A DNA stretch of 64,000 bases from Opitutus sp. GAS368 (GTDB lineage Bacteria; Verrucomicrobiota; Verrucomicrobiia; Opitutales; Opitutaceae): contig CAMAVZ010000001.1 in assembly GCA_945861645.1 (NCBI GenBank), forward strand, positions 64,001-128,000. The letters are read 5' to 3'. The notes beneath the pieces are model-generated. The model worked only from the letters and a program-made list of their open reading frames with translations, had not been told where the DNA came from and did not search any database. The position numbers and the translations under genes were made by a program. Positions 1-9,469 of the stretch are shown in pieces. How positions within the stretch are numbered: position 1 is the first letter of the stretch; each line of letters begins with the position of its first letter.

Positions 1-25
1 CGGCGTAATAACTACGAGGAGCGCT

Positions 26-1516
26 TTAGGCTTCGGGTGTCGCCGTGGGCGACAGGGCTTGTTGGGTTGATCGCAAAGAAGGCCAGGCCAGCTCCGGCCG
101 GCGGGCGAGCTGGGCGCGGAGATCACGTACGATTTCGGGATATTCTGCCGCGTGATTTTTTGTTTCAGCCCGATCGTTGATGTAATCGAAAAGCTCAAAC
201 TGGGCGGCGCCGGCCGCATTATAGGAGGCGATCAGGCGCCAGCGATCGGTGCGGATCGTGCGTTGACCATTAGCCCAAAAAGCTAAGGCAGGTTTCGCCG
301 TCGGCGTCGTGGGCTGAGCGAGTTGGGGCTGCAGGTTGTGGCCATCAAGTTGTGCGGGAGTGGGGAGCCCGCAGAGCGCCGTGAGCGTGGGAAAAATATC
401 CACCGTCTCGACGAGGGCGGCACTGGCGGTACCCGGTTGAACTAGCCCCGGGCTCCGGATGAGTAAGGGCGAGCGCAAGGCGTTTTCGTAGAGGCAATGC
501 TTGCCCCAGATCGCGTGTTCCCCCAGCGAAAAGCCGTGATCGCCCCAGATGACGACGATCGTGTTCCCGTCGGGATCGATCTTTTTCAACTCGGCGAGCA
601 CGCGCCCCACTTGGGCATCGACGTAACTTACGCACGCCGTGTAAGCCTGCCGCAGCTCCCGCGCATAAGCGGAATCATTGGTGGGATCGCGCCCTCCGTG
701 GCGGTAGTTGCTGCGAAATTCATTACTGTTATGCCACGTCGACGGCCAAGTGGGTTTCGCCGCGACGGCGGGATCGAGGGCCGGGATTTTTTGGGCATCA
801 TGCAAATCAAACCAGCGCTTCGGTGCCGCGAAGGGCAGATGGGGCTTAAAAAATCCGACCGCAAAAAACCAGGGCGCCGGAGAGCTCGCGAGCTCGCGCA
901 GATTTTTGACGGCTTCATCAGCAATCCAAGCATCAGGGTAAGCGGAGTCTGGTCCAGCGAAGGACTCGAGGGCGGGAGTTTTTCCGGGAGTACGGGCCAC
1001 CCCGTTGGCGTAGCCGTGCATGATGTGCTGGGCCTCTCGCCACGGGGTTTCTGGAATCCACGAGCGGGACCACGCCCCCGGCAATTCTTCAGGGCCTTCA
1101 TTCCAGAGCTGGCCGGTGCGGCCACCTGGATAGTGGGTGATCTTACCGAGCGCGAGGGTGCGATAGCCATGACCTTGAAACCAAGCGGGCAAATTAGCTT
1201 CGCCCCAACGAGCGTGAGTCAGGGCAATGCCGCCATTATCGACTTGCGCTACCTCGTTCGGATAGCGGCCGCGCAGCAGGGCGCAGCGGGATGCCCCGCA
1301 CGTAGGAACTTGCACATAATGGTGCGTAAAACTGCGCGCGGTTGCCGCGAACGCGTCGAGTTGGGGCGTCTGCGCATCGGTTGCGCCCAGGGCACCGAGG
1401 TCATGGCGCAGATCATCGATTGCAATAAACAGCACATTCGGCCGCGGGCGTTCGGCGGCGGCGAGCACCAGCGGGCTCAAGAGCAGGGTCAGTAACCAGC
1501 GGGGGAAATGCTTCAT
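26..1516 (-). CDS. Secreted sulfatase (S1 family, iduronate-2-sulfatase-like)
   Basis: Signal peptide MKHFPRWLL..; PNVLFIAIDDLR, CGASR-x4-G signature, GKITH, KPHLPF, GDHG..GEH..WGK. ATG at 1516 preferred over the ORF-track start at 1627. Confidence 0.9.
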   Translation of the reverse strand: MKHFPRWLLTLLLSPLVLAAAERPRPNVLFIAIDDLRHDLGALGATDAQTPQLDAFAATARSFTHHYVQVPTCGASRCALLRGRYPNEVAQVDNGGIALTHARWGEANLPAWFQGHGYRTLALGKITHYPGGRTGQLWNEGPEELPGAWSRSWIPETPWREAQHIMHGYANGVARTPGKTPALESFAGPDSAYPDAWIADEAVKNLRELASSPAPWFFAVGFFKPHLPFAAPKRWFDLHDAQKIPALDPAVAAKPTWPSTWHNSNEFRSNYRHGGRDPTNDSAYARELRQAYTACVSYVDAQVGRVLAELKKIDPDGNTIVVIWGDHGFSLGEHAIWGKHCLYENALRSPLLIRSPGLVQPGTASAALVETVDIFPTLTALCGLPTPAQLDGHNLQPQLAQPTTPTAKPALAFWANGQRTIRTDRWRLIASYNAAGAAQFELFDYINDRAETKNHAAEYPEIVRDLRAQLARRPELAWPSLRSTQQALSPTATPEA

Positions 1517-1738
1517 GGCAGATCGAGATGCGGGGGAATAGTGAGATGGGCGCGACGGATCCTGCGTTGCATTTTTAGCGGGCTGTCGGCGGAGTTCACT
1601 CGAGCTTTTTTTTGAACTGATGTCCACCGACCTTTTTTATTACGCTTGGGCCCGCCCCGCGGGTGATTGCGCTGGCCGAACGGATGATCAGCGTAAATCT
1701 TCATAACCGCGGCGGCGCCCGTCTGAAACTATTAGCCC

Positions 1739-2644
1739 ATGATTATCGCATCCCTTGATCAAGGCCGGGCTCGGCTCAATCGGCCTAGCTGGTTGGGTTG
1801 GCCGCTGGGCGTCCACGCCTTCGCGTGGGGTGGGTTGATCGCGCTGATACTTTTATTAATCGGCTTAACGCATTATTTTCGGGGTGATAATATTTGGCAG
1901 GGCTGGGTAGAAAGCCGCGGACTGCGGCAAGCGACTTATGCGGAGCGCATCTATTTTGATCAGGTTTTTCGGACCCAGGCGAATACGTGGTCAAATTTGG
2001 CTTACGTCCTCGTCGGTCTCTATGCTTTGGCGCTGGGGCGCTTTGATCAGCGTGCGCGAACTGCGGAGGGGCGCGGCTACCTGCGCGATACGCCGGCGCA
2101 CAGTTTTTTATTTGGGGCGGCTTGTTGTTATCTGGGATTTGGGAGCGGACTCTTTCATGCCTCGCTCACGCGGTGGGGGCAGCAACTGGATGTCGCGGGT
2201 ATGTACCCGCCGCTATTGAGCTGCCTTGCAATCCAAGTGGGTCGTGGGCTGCGCGGGGCCCAGCGCCGGTGGGGCTGGGCCTGGACTCCGCCGGTCGCTT
2301 GGCTGGTCAGTCTGGTGCTGCTGGTGAGCGGGCTGCTTTATTATTACAAATGGTCGATGTCGGCTAGCTTGGTGCTGACCACGCTGATCTTATCCCTCAC
2401 GGCCTTGACGCTGGCCGATATTATTTTCGCGCGGCGGGCCATGAGCTTTCGCTGGCCGGGGTTGGCCGCGGGCTCCCTTGGCTTAGGGGTGATGTGTCGC
2501 CAGCTGGATGTAGCCGGAAAATTTAGCGGTCCTGATACCTGGCTCCAAGGTCATGCCTTTTGGCATGTATTGACCGCGGCCTCCCTCGCTTGCCTTTATG
2601 CGTACCATCGCTCTGAGGTGAGGGCCGTGCCCGCGGTCGCCTAG
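1739..2644 (+). CDS. CREST-superfamily (alkaline ceramidase-like) 7-TM membrane hydrolase
   Basis: NTWSNLAY, GSGLFHAS, QQLD and HAFWH motifs; about 7 hydrophobic segments. Confidence 0.7.
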   Translation: MIIASLDQGRARLNRPSWLGWPLGVHAFAWGGLIALILLLIGLTHYFRGDNIWQGWVESRGLRQATYAERIYFDQVFRTQANTWSNLAYVLVGLYALALGRFDQRARTAEGRGYLRDTPAHSFLFGAACCYLGFGSGLFHASLTRWGQQLDVAGMYPPLLSCLAIQVGRGLRGAQRRWGWAWTPPVAWLVSLVLLVSGLLYYYKWSMSASLVLTTLILSLTALTLADIIFARRAMSFRWPGLAAGSLGLGVMCRQLDVAGKFSGPDTWLQGHAFWHVLTAASLACLYAYHRSEVRAVPAVA

Positions 2645-2682
2645 CGCATCGTTAGTTCGGCCCGCGCTTCAGCGGCGGCCGA

Positions 2683-3453
2683 TCAAAACTTTAGGTGCTT
2701 AACCGTCACGCCTTTGTTGATGAGCTGCTTGAGTGAATCAATGCCAATGCGCAGGTGCATTTCGACAAACTTAGCGTCCACTTGCTGGTCGCTCGCGTGG
2801 GTCTTCACGCCTTCTGGAGTCATGGGTTGGTCGGAGACGAGCAGCAGGGCGCCGGCGACGGTCTCATTGGCAAAAGCAGTGATGAAAATGGTCGCGGTTT
2901 CCATATCGACCGCCATGACGCGAATTTTGCGGAGATACTTTTTGAAATTCAGATCGTGCTCCCAGACGCGTCGGTTGGTCGTGTAGACTGTGCCGGTCCA
3001 ATAGTCGCGGCGATGATCGCGAATGGTGGTGGAGATGGCCTTTTGCAGAGCGAAGGCGGGGAGGGCGGGCACCTCGGGGGGGAAGTAATCGTTGCTCGTG
3101 CCTTCGCCGCGAATCGCCGCGATGGGCAAGATTAAGTCGCCAATTTCCGCGCGGTGTTTGATGCCGCCGCATTTTCCTAAAAACAGCACCGCTTTGGGGT
3201 TAATCGCGCTCAGGAGATCCATCACCGTGGCCGCGGTCGCACTGCCCATCCCAAAATTAATAATTGTGATCCCGTTGGCCGTCGCGCTGGGCATCGGTTT
3301 GACTTTGCCCATGACGGGGACGCGATGCCATTGCGCAAAGAGTTGCACGTAATGCTGGAAATTGGTGAGCAGAACGTAACGGCCAAAATTCTTGAGCGGT
3401 ACCCCCGTGTACCGCGGCAGCCAATTTTCGACAATTTTTTTCTTGGTCTCCAT
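2683..3453 (-). CDS. amn: AMP nucleosidase, short type (PNP/UDP phosphorylase fold)
   Basis: WLPRYTG, INFGMGS, FLGKCGG, AIRGEGTS, TTNRRVWE, VDMETAT. Confidence 0.85.
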   Translation of the reverse strand: METKKKIVENWLPRYTGVPLKNFGRYVLLTNFQHYVQLFAQWHRVPVMGKVKPMPSATANGITIINFGMGSATAATVMDLLSAINPKAVLFLGKCGGIKHRAEIGDLILPIAAIRGEGTSNDYFPPEVPALPAFALQKAISTTIRDHRRDYWTGTVYTTNRRVWEHDLNFKKYLRKIRVMAVDMETATIFITAFANETVAGALLLVSDQPMTPEGVKTHASDQQVDAKFVEMHLRIGIDSLKQLINKGVTVKHLKF

Positions 3454-3533
3454 GGGAGTGAAGCCCTTAAAAAATGACTTAGCGCCTCGGGTGGCGAGGT
3501 TATTTCAAGCGGGTCAGCCCGCGCCTTGCGGAC

Positions 3534-5549
3534 TTACCACCGGCCGCTCACTTCACAGCCCCACGTGGCTGGAGCGCCGGGGGTACCGTGAAAAACTCCG
3601 GGGGTGATGGAGCTGTAATATTTCTGGCTGGTCAGGTTGCGGCCAAAAGCGCGAAACTCCAAGCGGTCGTAGGTGTAGCCGGCCCGAGCTTCGAGCAAAG
3701 TGTAGCCGGCTTGCGAGAACGAGGCTGACTCCTGTTCATCGTAGAAGGTTCGACCGATCCAAGTGGCACCGGCGCCGCAAAAGAATCCTGACTCGGCGAC
3801 ATAATCAAATTGCAGGGCGGCGTTGCCGCTGGGCGCGTAAGGCGCGCGATTACCCGAGTAACTCACTTTGGTGAAGGGATCGGTAAAGGCTTGGAGGGTG
3901 GCCTGCGTTAACCCCGCGATCGCGCGGAGAGTAATCGTCGGGCTCAGCCGCCACAACGATTCCAATTCAGCCCCAAGCACGTGAGCGCGTTGGGCATTGA
4001 CCACGAGATACTCATCCGTGGACGTGGCCGGTACAGCGAACGAGCGTTCGATTTGATAGCCGCTGACGCGATAGGCGTAGGCTCTTGAGGTGAATGCCCA
4101 CCCCGTCGTGGTCTCAGTCGTGGTGAGGGCGGCTTCGAGGCCCCAGGTCCGCTGCGAATCGTAACCGGCGAGGTCGGCTCGACCGGTGTAGGCCGAGTAG
4201 CCGCCGGCCTTGAAACCGCGCGCTAGGGTGAAGACGGCATCAGTCCTGCGGTTTAAGTGGTGGGTCGCCGAGACGCTTGGCAGCAGGGCGCTCCAGTTGT
4301 CACTTTGCCGCTGCACCATGGCGCTCGGCACAATCTCCGTGCGGGTAAAATTCTTAGCTGTGTTTTCCAGCCGCAGGCCCGGGGTGATTAGCCAATCGGT
4401 GGTGGGCTTAAAATTGCCTTGGCCAAAAAAAGCCCAAGTGGCACTGGCCAGTTGAAAATTAGAGTTTTCGATGGTGTAACCGCTAAAGGTTCGGCTGGCT
4501 CCGCCCCGAGTGCGGGCGTGCGAATAAAATATTCCCCCAGTAAACCAATCACTCACGTATCGCACTTCTTCGTTAAAAGTGCGTTGCGACTGCGTCAGCA
4601 CGGAGTCGAAGTTGAAACCGCCAAATACAACGAGGCGATTGGCGTACGGTGACAAATCCCAATCCGTATAACTCGTGGTTGCCGTCAGCGTCGCCGTCGC
4701 GAGTCGCTGGGAAAGCCCCAACGCCAGCGCATTGAAGTCAGTGTCAGCCTGGCCTTCCTTGCTCCGTCTGACGCTCGCGAAAGACTCGCCCAGCGGCACC
4801 AGCGCCTGCGCGCCATCACGGGAGCGTTGAGTGAGGAGATGGACGGAAAATTCGAGCTCTGGCTGGGGACGGTAATGGAGCTGGACTCGGCCGAAGACGG
4901 CTTGGCGATCATCGACGGTCTGCTTGAGCTGGGTATTGTATAAATAGCCATCACGCTGGCTCGTGCCGAAGTGAAGGGCGGCATCAAACGTGTCGGTTCG
5001 CGCCGTTTGCGCGGAGGCGCTGAAGCTTGCTTGGCCCGCAGATCCGATGGCGGCCCCGACGTGGGCTTGGCTACTGGTGCCGGCCGGCCTTGAGGTGAAC
5101 TGAATCACGCCCGCATCACCGGCGCGACCAAACTGGGCCGCGGCTTGGGGGCCGCGGTAAATGGTCATCTGGCTGAAATCGTAAAGCTCCGTCGGAAAAG
5201 TGAAGGCGGTGGCCAGCGGAATGTTGTCGAGGTAAACGGGGGCCGAGGCGTCGCTGAAGAAAGGCGTATTACCTAATCCACGCAGGGTGGTGGTGGTGCC
5301 AAAACCACGGGCGCCGGCGTCATTGACCGCCAAGCCCACGGTCTGCTGCGCGAGATCGTACCAGGCTTCCGCCACCGTCGGCCCGGATTTCGTGCGGACG
5401 GTCGTGGTGGCGTTGGCGTTGAAGCTCAGCTGGTCGGTGACCGAGAGAGTCGGCAGTACGACCACGTCGGACACCACGGCTGACAGCGGCAAATGGCAGA
5501 ATAAAGTGAGAGCCGTCAGGGCGGCGATTGGGCGAATATTTCCGAGCAT
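3534..5549 (-). CDS. TonB-dependent outer-membrane receptor
   Basis: Signal peptide; plug motifs LRGLG, VYLDNIP, YRGPQAAAQFG..GVI; RGFKAGG; RNLT; C-terminal aromatic W. Confidence 0.85.
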   Translation of the reverse strand: MLGNIRPIAALTALTLFCHLPLSAVVSDVVVLPTLSVTDQLSFNANATTTVRTKSGPTVAEAWYDLAQQTVGLAVNDAGARGFGTTTTLRGLGNTPFFSDASAPVYLDNIPLATAFTFPTELYDFSQMTIYRGPQAAAQFGRAGDAGVIQFTSRPAGTSSQAHVGAAIGSAGQASFSASAQTARTDTFDAALHFGTSQRDGYLYNTQLKQTVDDRQAVFGRVQLHYRPQPELEFSVHLLTQRSRDGAQALVPLGESFASVRRSKEGQADTDFNALALGLSQRLATATLTATTSYTDWDLSPYANRLVVFGGFNFDSVLTQSQRTFNEEVRYVSDWFTGGIFYSHARTRGGASRTFSGYTIENSNFQLASATWAFFGQGNFKPTTDWLITPGLRLENTAKNFTRTEIVPSAMVQRQSDNWSALLPSVSATHHLNRRTDAVFTLARGFKAGGYSAYTGRADLAGYDSQRTWGLEAALTTTETTTGWAFTSRAYAYRVSGYQIERSFAVPATSTDEYLVVNAQRAHVLGAELESLWRLSPTITLRAIAGLTQATLQAFTDPFTKVSYSGNRAPYAPSGNAALQFDYVAESGFFCGAGATWIGRTFYDEQESASFSQAGYTLLEARAGYTYDRLEFRAFGRNLTSQKYYSSITPGVFHGTPGAPATWGCEVSGRW

Positions 5550-5603
5550 GTCGATCCATTGTCCTCCGAATTATTCCTAGCGCAAATGGAAAAGCGGCGA
5601 AAC

Positions 5604-6971
5604 CTAGCGCAGATCTTGCGCGGTGATATCATGCGTCCAGCGCGTCACCCCTTGCTTATCGATACAGCTGATCGTGACCACCCGCGCTCCCTTGGGTCCG
5701 TGCAAGGCCAGAATGCAAAAATTCTGATCACTGACCAAGGTGCCCTCGATGCGGTGCGGATCCTGGGCGCGTTCCGTGCGGCCGATGGACGAAACGCCGC
5801 TGCTGATGGGTGAGGAGGTTAATTCATAGACCCAGTGCGAGCCGCCAATGTTTTTCTTGGCGAGTTCAGTGAAGTGCACATCGCCGGTGAGAAAGATGAC
5901 GCCGGTGATCTGGTGGTCTTGAATAAATTTCAGCAATTCCTCCCGTTCTCGCTGATAATACGCGAAGGTTTCGCTCACACCGCCAAAGTCGGTGACTACC
6001 TGTCCGCCCGTAACAATAAATTTAAAGGTAAAATGATTGAGCGTTTGGGCGTGGAGTAAGGATTGTTTGAGCCAATCGAATTGGTGCGCACCGTACTGCG
6101 ATTTCTGGGGATTCTGCGCGTCCATGAGGTGGTCGTCATCGCGGTACCACCGGTTGTCCATGACGAAGAAGGCCGCATCGCTTTGATAAAATTTTTGGTA
6201 AACTCCGGGGTGGCCCGACTCGCCGTACATCGGATTGCCCCAGTAAGCTTTAAAAATTCGCAGCGTCTCATCCTTAAACTCGAAGCTCTTGTTCGCATCG
6301 TTCGAGCCGTAATCGTGGTCATCCCAAGTGGCGTAATGCGGCATGACGGCAAAAAGTTTACGCAATTCAGGCTGCGCGCGCGTCAGTTGAGCGCGGTACC
6401 AGAGCCCGCTGATGGAATCAAAATCGGTTTCGCGATAATACCAATTGTCGCCCCCCCAGAGCATGAAATCAGCTCCGCTGTCGGCCATGAGCCGAAAAGT
6501 CTCCATCGTTTTCCCGTAGTCCGGACCAGGCCGATCGGCGGCTGGTTCATTGAAGTAGGCGCAGGTCCCGAAGATGAATTTAATATCAGGGGCTGGGGTC
6601 CGCCACTCCCAGAGCGGGCTGGTTTTGAATTGGGCGGGAAAGGGCAACGCCTGCTTCACGCCATCAATACTAATCGCATACTCATACTGCGTCCCGACCG
6701 CGAGTAAGCCGGGGCGGAAATGCGAAATCTGTCCACCGATCGGCGTCGAACTTAAATTCGTTTTGGTGATGGTCTGCTTGGTTTCTGGTTGGCCGCGGCG
6801 CCAGTAGTCGAGGCTCACTTGCTGGGCGTCTTTTGTCTCCACCCAGATCAAGGCTTCGCGGCGCGCTTGATGGCCGAGCATCGGTCCGGAGACTAAGGTG
6901 CCCGCGGCCTCGACCCGAGCGAGAAGTAGGGCCATGCTGATCACCAACCAAAAAATTGCGCGCAGTTTCAT
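5604..6971 (-). CDS. phoD: Alkaline phosphatase D family protein
   Basis: Signal peptide; GDNWY, WDDHDYG.ND, DNRWYRD, TGDVH. Confidence 0.85.
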   Translation of the reverse strand: MKLRAIFWLVISMALLLARVEAAGTLVSGPMLGHQARREALIWVETKDAQQVSLDYWRRGQPETKQTITKTNLSSTPIGGQISHFRPGLLAVGTQYEYAISIDGVKQALPFPAQFKTSPLWEWRTPAPDIKFIFGTCAYFNEPAADRPGPDYGKTMETFRLMADSGADFMLWGGDNWYYRETDFDSISGLWYRAQLTRAQPELRKLFAVMPHYATWDDHDYGSNDANKSFEFKDETLRIFKAYWGNPMYGESGHPGVYQKFYQSDAAFFVMDNRWYRDDDHLMDAQNPQKSQYGAHQFDWLKQSLLHAQTLNHFTFKFIVTGGQVVTDFGGVSETFAYYQREREELLKFIQDHQITGVIFLTGDVHFTELAKKNIGGSHWVYELTSSPISSGVSSIGRTERAQDPHRIEGTLVSDQNFCILALHGPKGARVVTISCIDKQGVTRWTHDITAQDLR

Positions 6972-7066
6972 GGCCGGAGCAAAGCAACTCCGCGGGCAAA
7001 ATCAAAACCTCAATTCCGGCCGCGTTGATCGTGGCCAGTCATCCCGCGGGGAGGCGCGGGGTCGGT

Positions 7067-7333
7067 TTATTTATTATTAGGCGGACGGTCCTGGGGACCC
7101 CAGCGCCACTCGGGCGATTCCCCTTTCCACCAGCAGATGAAGATGAGGACGGTGCTGAGGGCGGTCGTGTAGATTAGGAGATAAGTGTGCGATCGACTGA
7201 TCAAAAGCGTGCCGGCAAGGAGCCCCGCTAGATAGACGACGAACACCACCCAGCCCTCCCAGCGCCGCGGCAAGCCCCAGCCCCAACCGAGGGTCTTCAT
7301 GGGCAACCAAGCTTGGTCTGGCGGAAGAGGCAT
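7067..7333 (-). CDS. Small conserved 2-TM membrane protein
   Basis: GWGWGLP..WEGW and KGE.P.WRWG flank two hydrophobic helices. Confidence 0.6.
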   Translation of the reverse strand: MPLPPDQAWLPMKTLGWGWGLPRRWEGWVVFVVYLAGLLAGTLLISRSHTYLLIYTTALSTVLIFICWWKGESPEWRWGPQDRPPNNK

Positions 7334-7354
7334 GCAGCTTGGATCAACCGGAGG

Positions 7355-8257
7355 CTAAACGGCACTCGCCAAAATATTCGCGTTATTGAGGTGCTCGACG
7401 CCGGTGTACTTCAGCGACTGCTCATCAGCGTGATAACTTGAGCGGACGAGTGGGCCGCTTTCCACGGTGCCGAGACCTGCCGCTAGAGCAAAATCCTTCC
7501 AGTGTTTAAATTCCTCTGGCGTTACCCACCGGTCGATCTTCCAATGCTGCGGCGTTGGTTGGAGGTACTGGCCGAGCGTGAGAATGTCGGTTTTGTCACT
7601 GGCAATATCGCGTAGGCATTGCTCGATCTCGGTGGGCGTCTCGCCGAGGCCGAGCATAATGCCGGTTTTTGTGATGAAGCCGCGGCTCTTGGCGTGGCGG
7701 AGCACGCTGCGGCTGCGATCATAACGCGCCTGCACGCGCACAGGTTTTTGCAGCCGCTCCACCGTTTCAACGTTGTGGTTAAAAATATCCGGTCGGGCAT
7801 CGAGCACGAGATCGACCTGATTAAAGTTTCCTTTGAAATCTGGCACGAGCACCTCAATCGCGCAGTGCGGATTTTTATGCTTGGTCGCGCGAATAGTTGC
7901 CGCCCAGACGCTGGCGCCGCCGTCGGCGAGATCATCGCGGGCCACGGAGGTAATGACGCAATGTTTGAGCCCCATTTTTGCGACGGCATCAGCCACGCGG
8001 GCCGGTTCCCCAAGGTCGAATTCGGTGGGCCGGCCGGTTTGGATCGCGCAGAAATTGCAGGAGCGCGTGCATATATTGCCCAAGATCATGACCGTGGCGG
8101 TGCCGCGCGACCAGCATTCCCCGATGTTGGGGCATTGGGCGCTCTGACATACCGTATGAAGCTTATTTTCCTCCACGAGGCGCCGCGTCGCCTGATAGGC
8201 GGGGCCGGCGGGCAATTTGGCGCGGAGCCAGTCAGGTTTGCGAGTAGGGGGATTCAT
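7355..8257 (-). CDS. lipA: Lipoyl synthase
   Basis: RKPDWL; CQSAQCPNIGEC; radical-SAM motif CTRSCNFC; RSSYHA. Confidence 0.97.
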   Translation of the reverse strand: MNPPTRKPDWLRAKLPAGPAYQATRRLVEENKLHTVCQSAQCPNIGECWSRGTATVMILGNICTRSCNFCAIQTGRPTEFDLGEPARVADAVAKMGLKHCVITSVARDDLADGGASVWAATIRATKHKNPHCAIEVLVPDFKGNFNQVDLVLDARPDIFNHNVETVERLQKPVRVQARYDRSRSVLRHAKSRGFITKTGIMLGLGETPTEIEQCLRDIASDKTDILTLGQYLQPTPQHWKIDRWVTPEEFKHWKDFALAAGLGTVESGPLVRSSYHADEQSLKYTGVEHLNNANILASAV

Positions 8258-8883
8258 TTTTCGACCTCCGCCACGACCGGCTCTTCGACCGGTTCGGCGG
8301 TCTCATCCCAGAGGCTCGGGGCTCCACGGCGTTGGGCCAGCCATTCCATGATGCCAGCAAAAAGTCCTGTGAACAGGAGATCGCCGAAAAGCGTGTTACG
8401 GAAAAAGAAAAGGGTGGGCGGATATTCTGGATGGCCAATGGTCAGCGCCTGCCACCAGCCGGCCAAGGTTTTCGCGTAAAAGACATCCCCAGCCCACGAT
8501 TGAGTATTGGTCACAAGGTAGAAAATTATCGCCCCGAGCAGGCCGCCATTGAGCAAACTGAGCCAAGATTTGCGCGAGCGCACCCACGCGCCGATGAGCA
8601 GTGCGCCGCCAAAACAAGCGGTGCGCGCGCCTAGGCCGGCGAGGGACCAGTGGAAGCCGTATTCGCGGGCGTAAAAATGATTGAGGTAAAGATCAGATAA
8701 AGCGAGGGCGCCAAAAGGAAGCGCCCAGCGCCAGCCGGGGCGAAAATAAACCCCGCCACAGAACGCGATCGCCATCACCGGAGAGAAATTAACGAGGGAC
8801 GGGTCAACCGTCGGAGCGAGTCGCGCGAGGGCCGCGAGCACGAGTAAAATAACGGCGATGAGCATGGTAATGAGTTTAGGCAC
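8254..8883 (-). CDS. DUF6580-type putative transporter (ECF S-component-like)
   Basis: NFSPVMAIAF, LSDL, IFYLVTN..W, FFRNTLFGDL; multiple TMs; 4-bp overlap with lipA. Start uncertain. Confidence 0.7.
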   Translation of the reverse strand: MPKLITMLIAVILLVLAALARLAPTVDPSLVNFSPVMAIAFCGGVYFRPGWRWALPFGALALSDLYLNHFYAREYGFHWSLAGLGARTACFGGALLIGAWVRSRKSWLSLLNGGLLGAIIFYLVTNTQSWAGDVFYAKTLAGWWQALTIGHPEYPPTLFFFRNTLFGDLLFTGLFAGIMEWLAQRRGAPSLWDETAEPVEEPVVAEVEK

Positions 8884-8919
8884 AAATGATCGGATGCACA
8901 GATTATTTCAATCAGCGGT

Positions 8920-9468
8920 TCAGGCTTGTTCGGCCTCACGGGCCATCAACCACAGCAGATCAGATATGCGATTAACATAGCACAAGAGCACGGGTCGCAC
9001 GGTGGGAGTTGGCGATCCGAGCCCCACGAGTTGGCGCTCAGCGCGACGGGCGGCGGTGCGCGCAAGGTCGAGGGCCGCGGCATGCACGTTCGCGCCCGGC
9101 GTGGCCCAACCATCAAATTTTGGCTGGCGGGCCTCGATCACGGCGATCGCGGCATCGAGGTTCGCTAACTCCGCTTCGCCAATTTTTGCAAAAGAGGACG
9201 CGGCGTAACGCGCGGCGTCACTCGGCGCGCAACTGAGTTCCCCCATGAGGCCAACGAGCTCGCGTTGGATTCGTTCGATCGCCGTGCCGCTCGTGCCGGT
9301 GGGGCGGGTGGCTTTGGCGAAACCTAAAGCGGCGTTGAGTTCATCCAGTACCCCCACGGCTGCGATCTGGGGATGATTTTTAGGCACCCGCTGTCCGTAA
9401 AGCAGGCTGGTGGTGCCATCATCGCCGGTGCGCGTAGCGATGGAGCGAGCGGGGGGGAGGTCAGACAT
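8920..9468 (-). CDS. PduO-type ATP:cob(I)alamin adenosyltransferase
   Basis: TRTGDDGTT, G.LDELNA..G, ARTAARRAER, NRISDLLW. Confidence 0.92.
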   Translation of the reverse strand: MSDLPPARSIATRTGDDGTTSLLYGQRVPKNHPQIAAVGVLDELNAALGFAKATRPTGTSGTAIERIQRELVGLMGELSCAPSDAARYAASSFAKIGEAELANLDAAIAVIEARQPKFDGWATPGANVHAAALDLARTAARRAERQLVGLGSPTPTVRPVLLCYVNRISDLLWLMAREAEQA

Positions 9469-9469
9469 A

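Noticed and set aside
497-1495. 332-aa plus-strand ORF
   Set aside because: Antisense shadow of the sulfatase with no motifs; expected in GC-rich DNA.
5550-5603. Cobalamin riboswitch ahead of the TonB receptor
   Set aside because: Only 54 bp of intergenic space and no B12 box.
7619-8479. 286-aa plus-strand ORF (and many similar 60-220 aa ORFs in the track)
   Set aside because: Antisense or out-of-frame shadows of well-supported genes.
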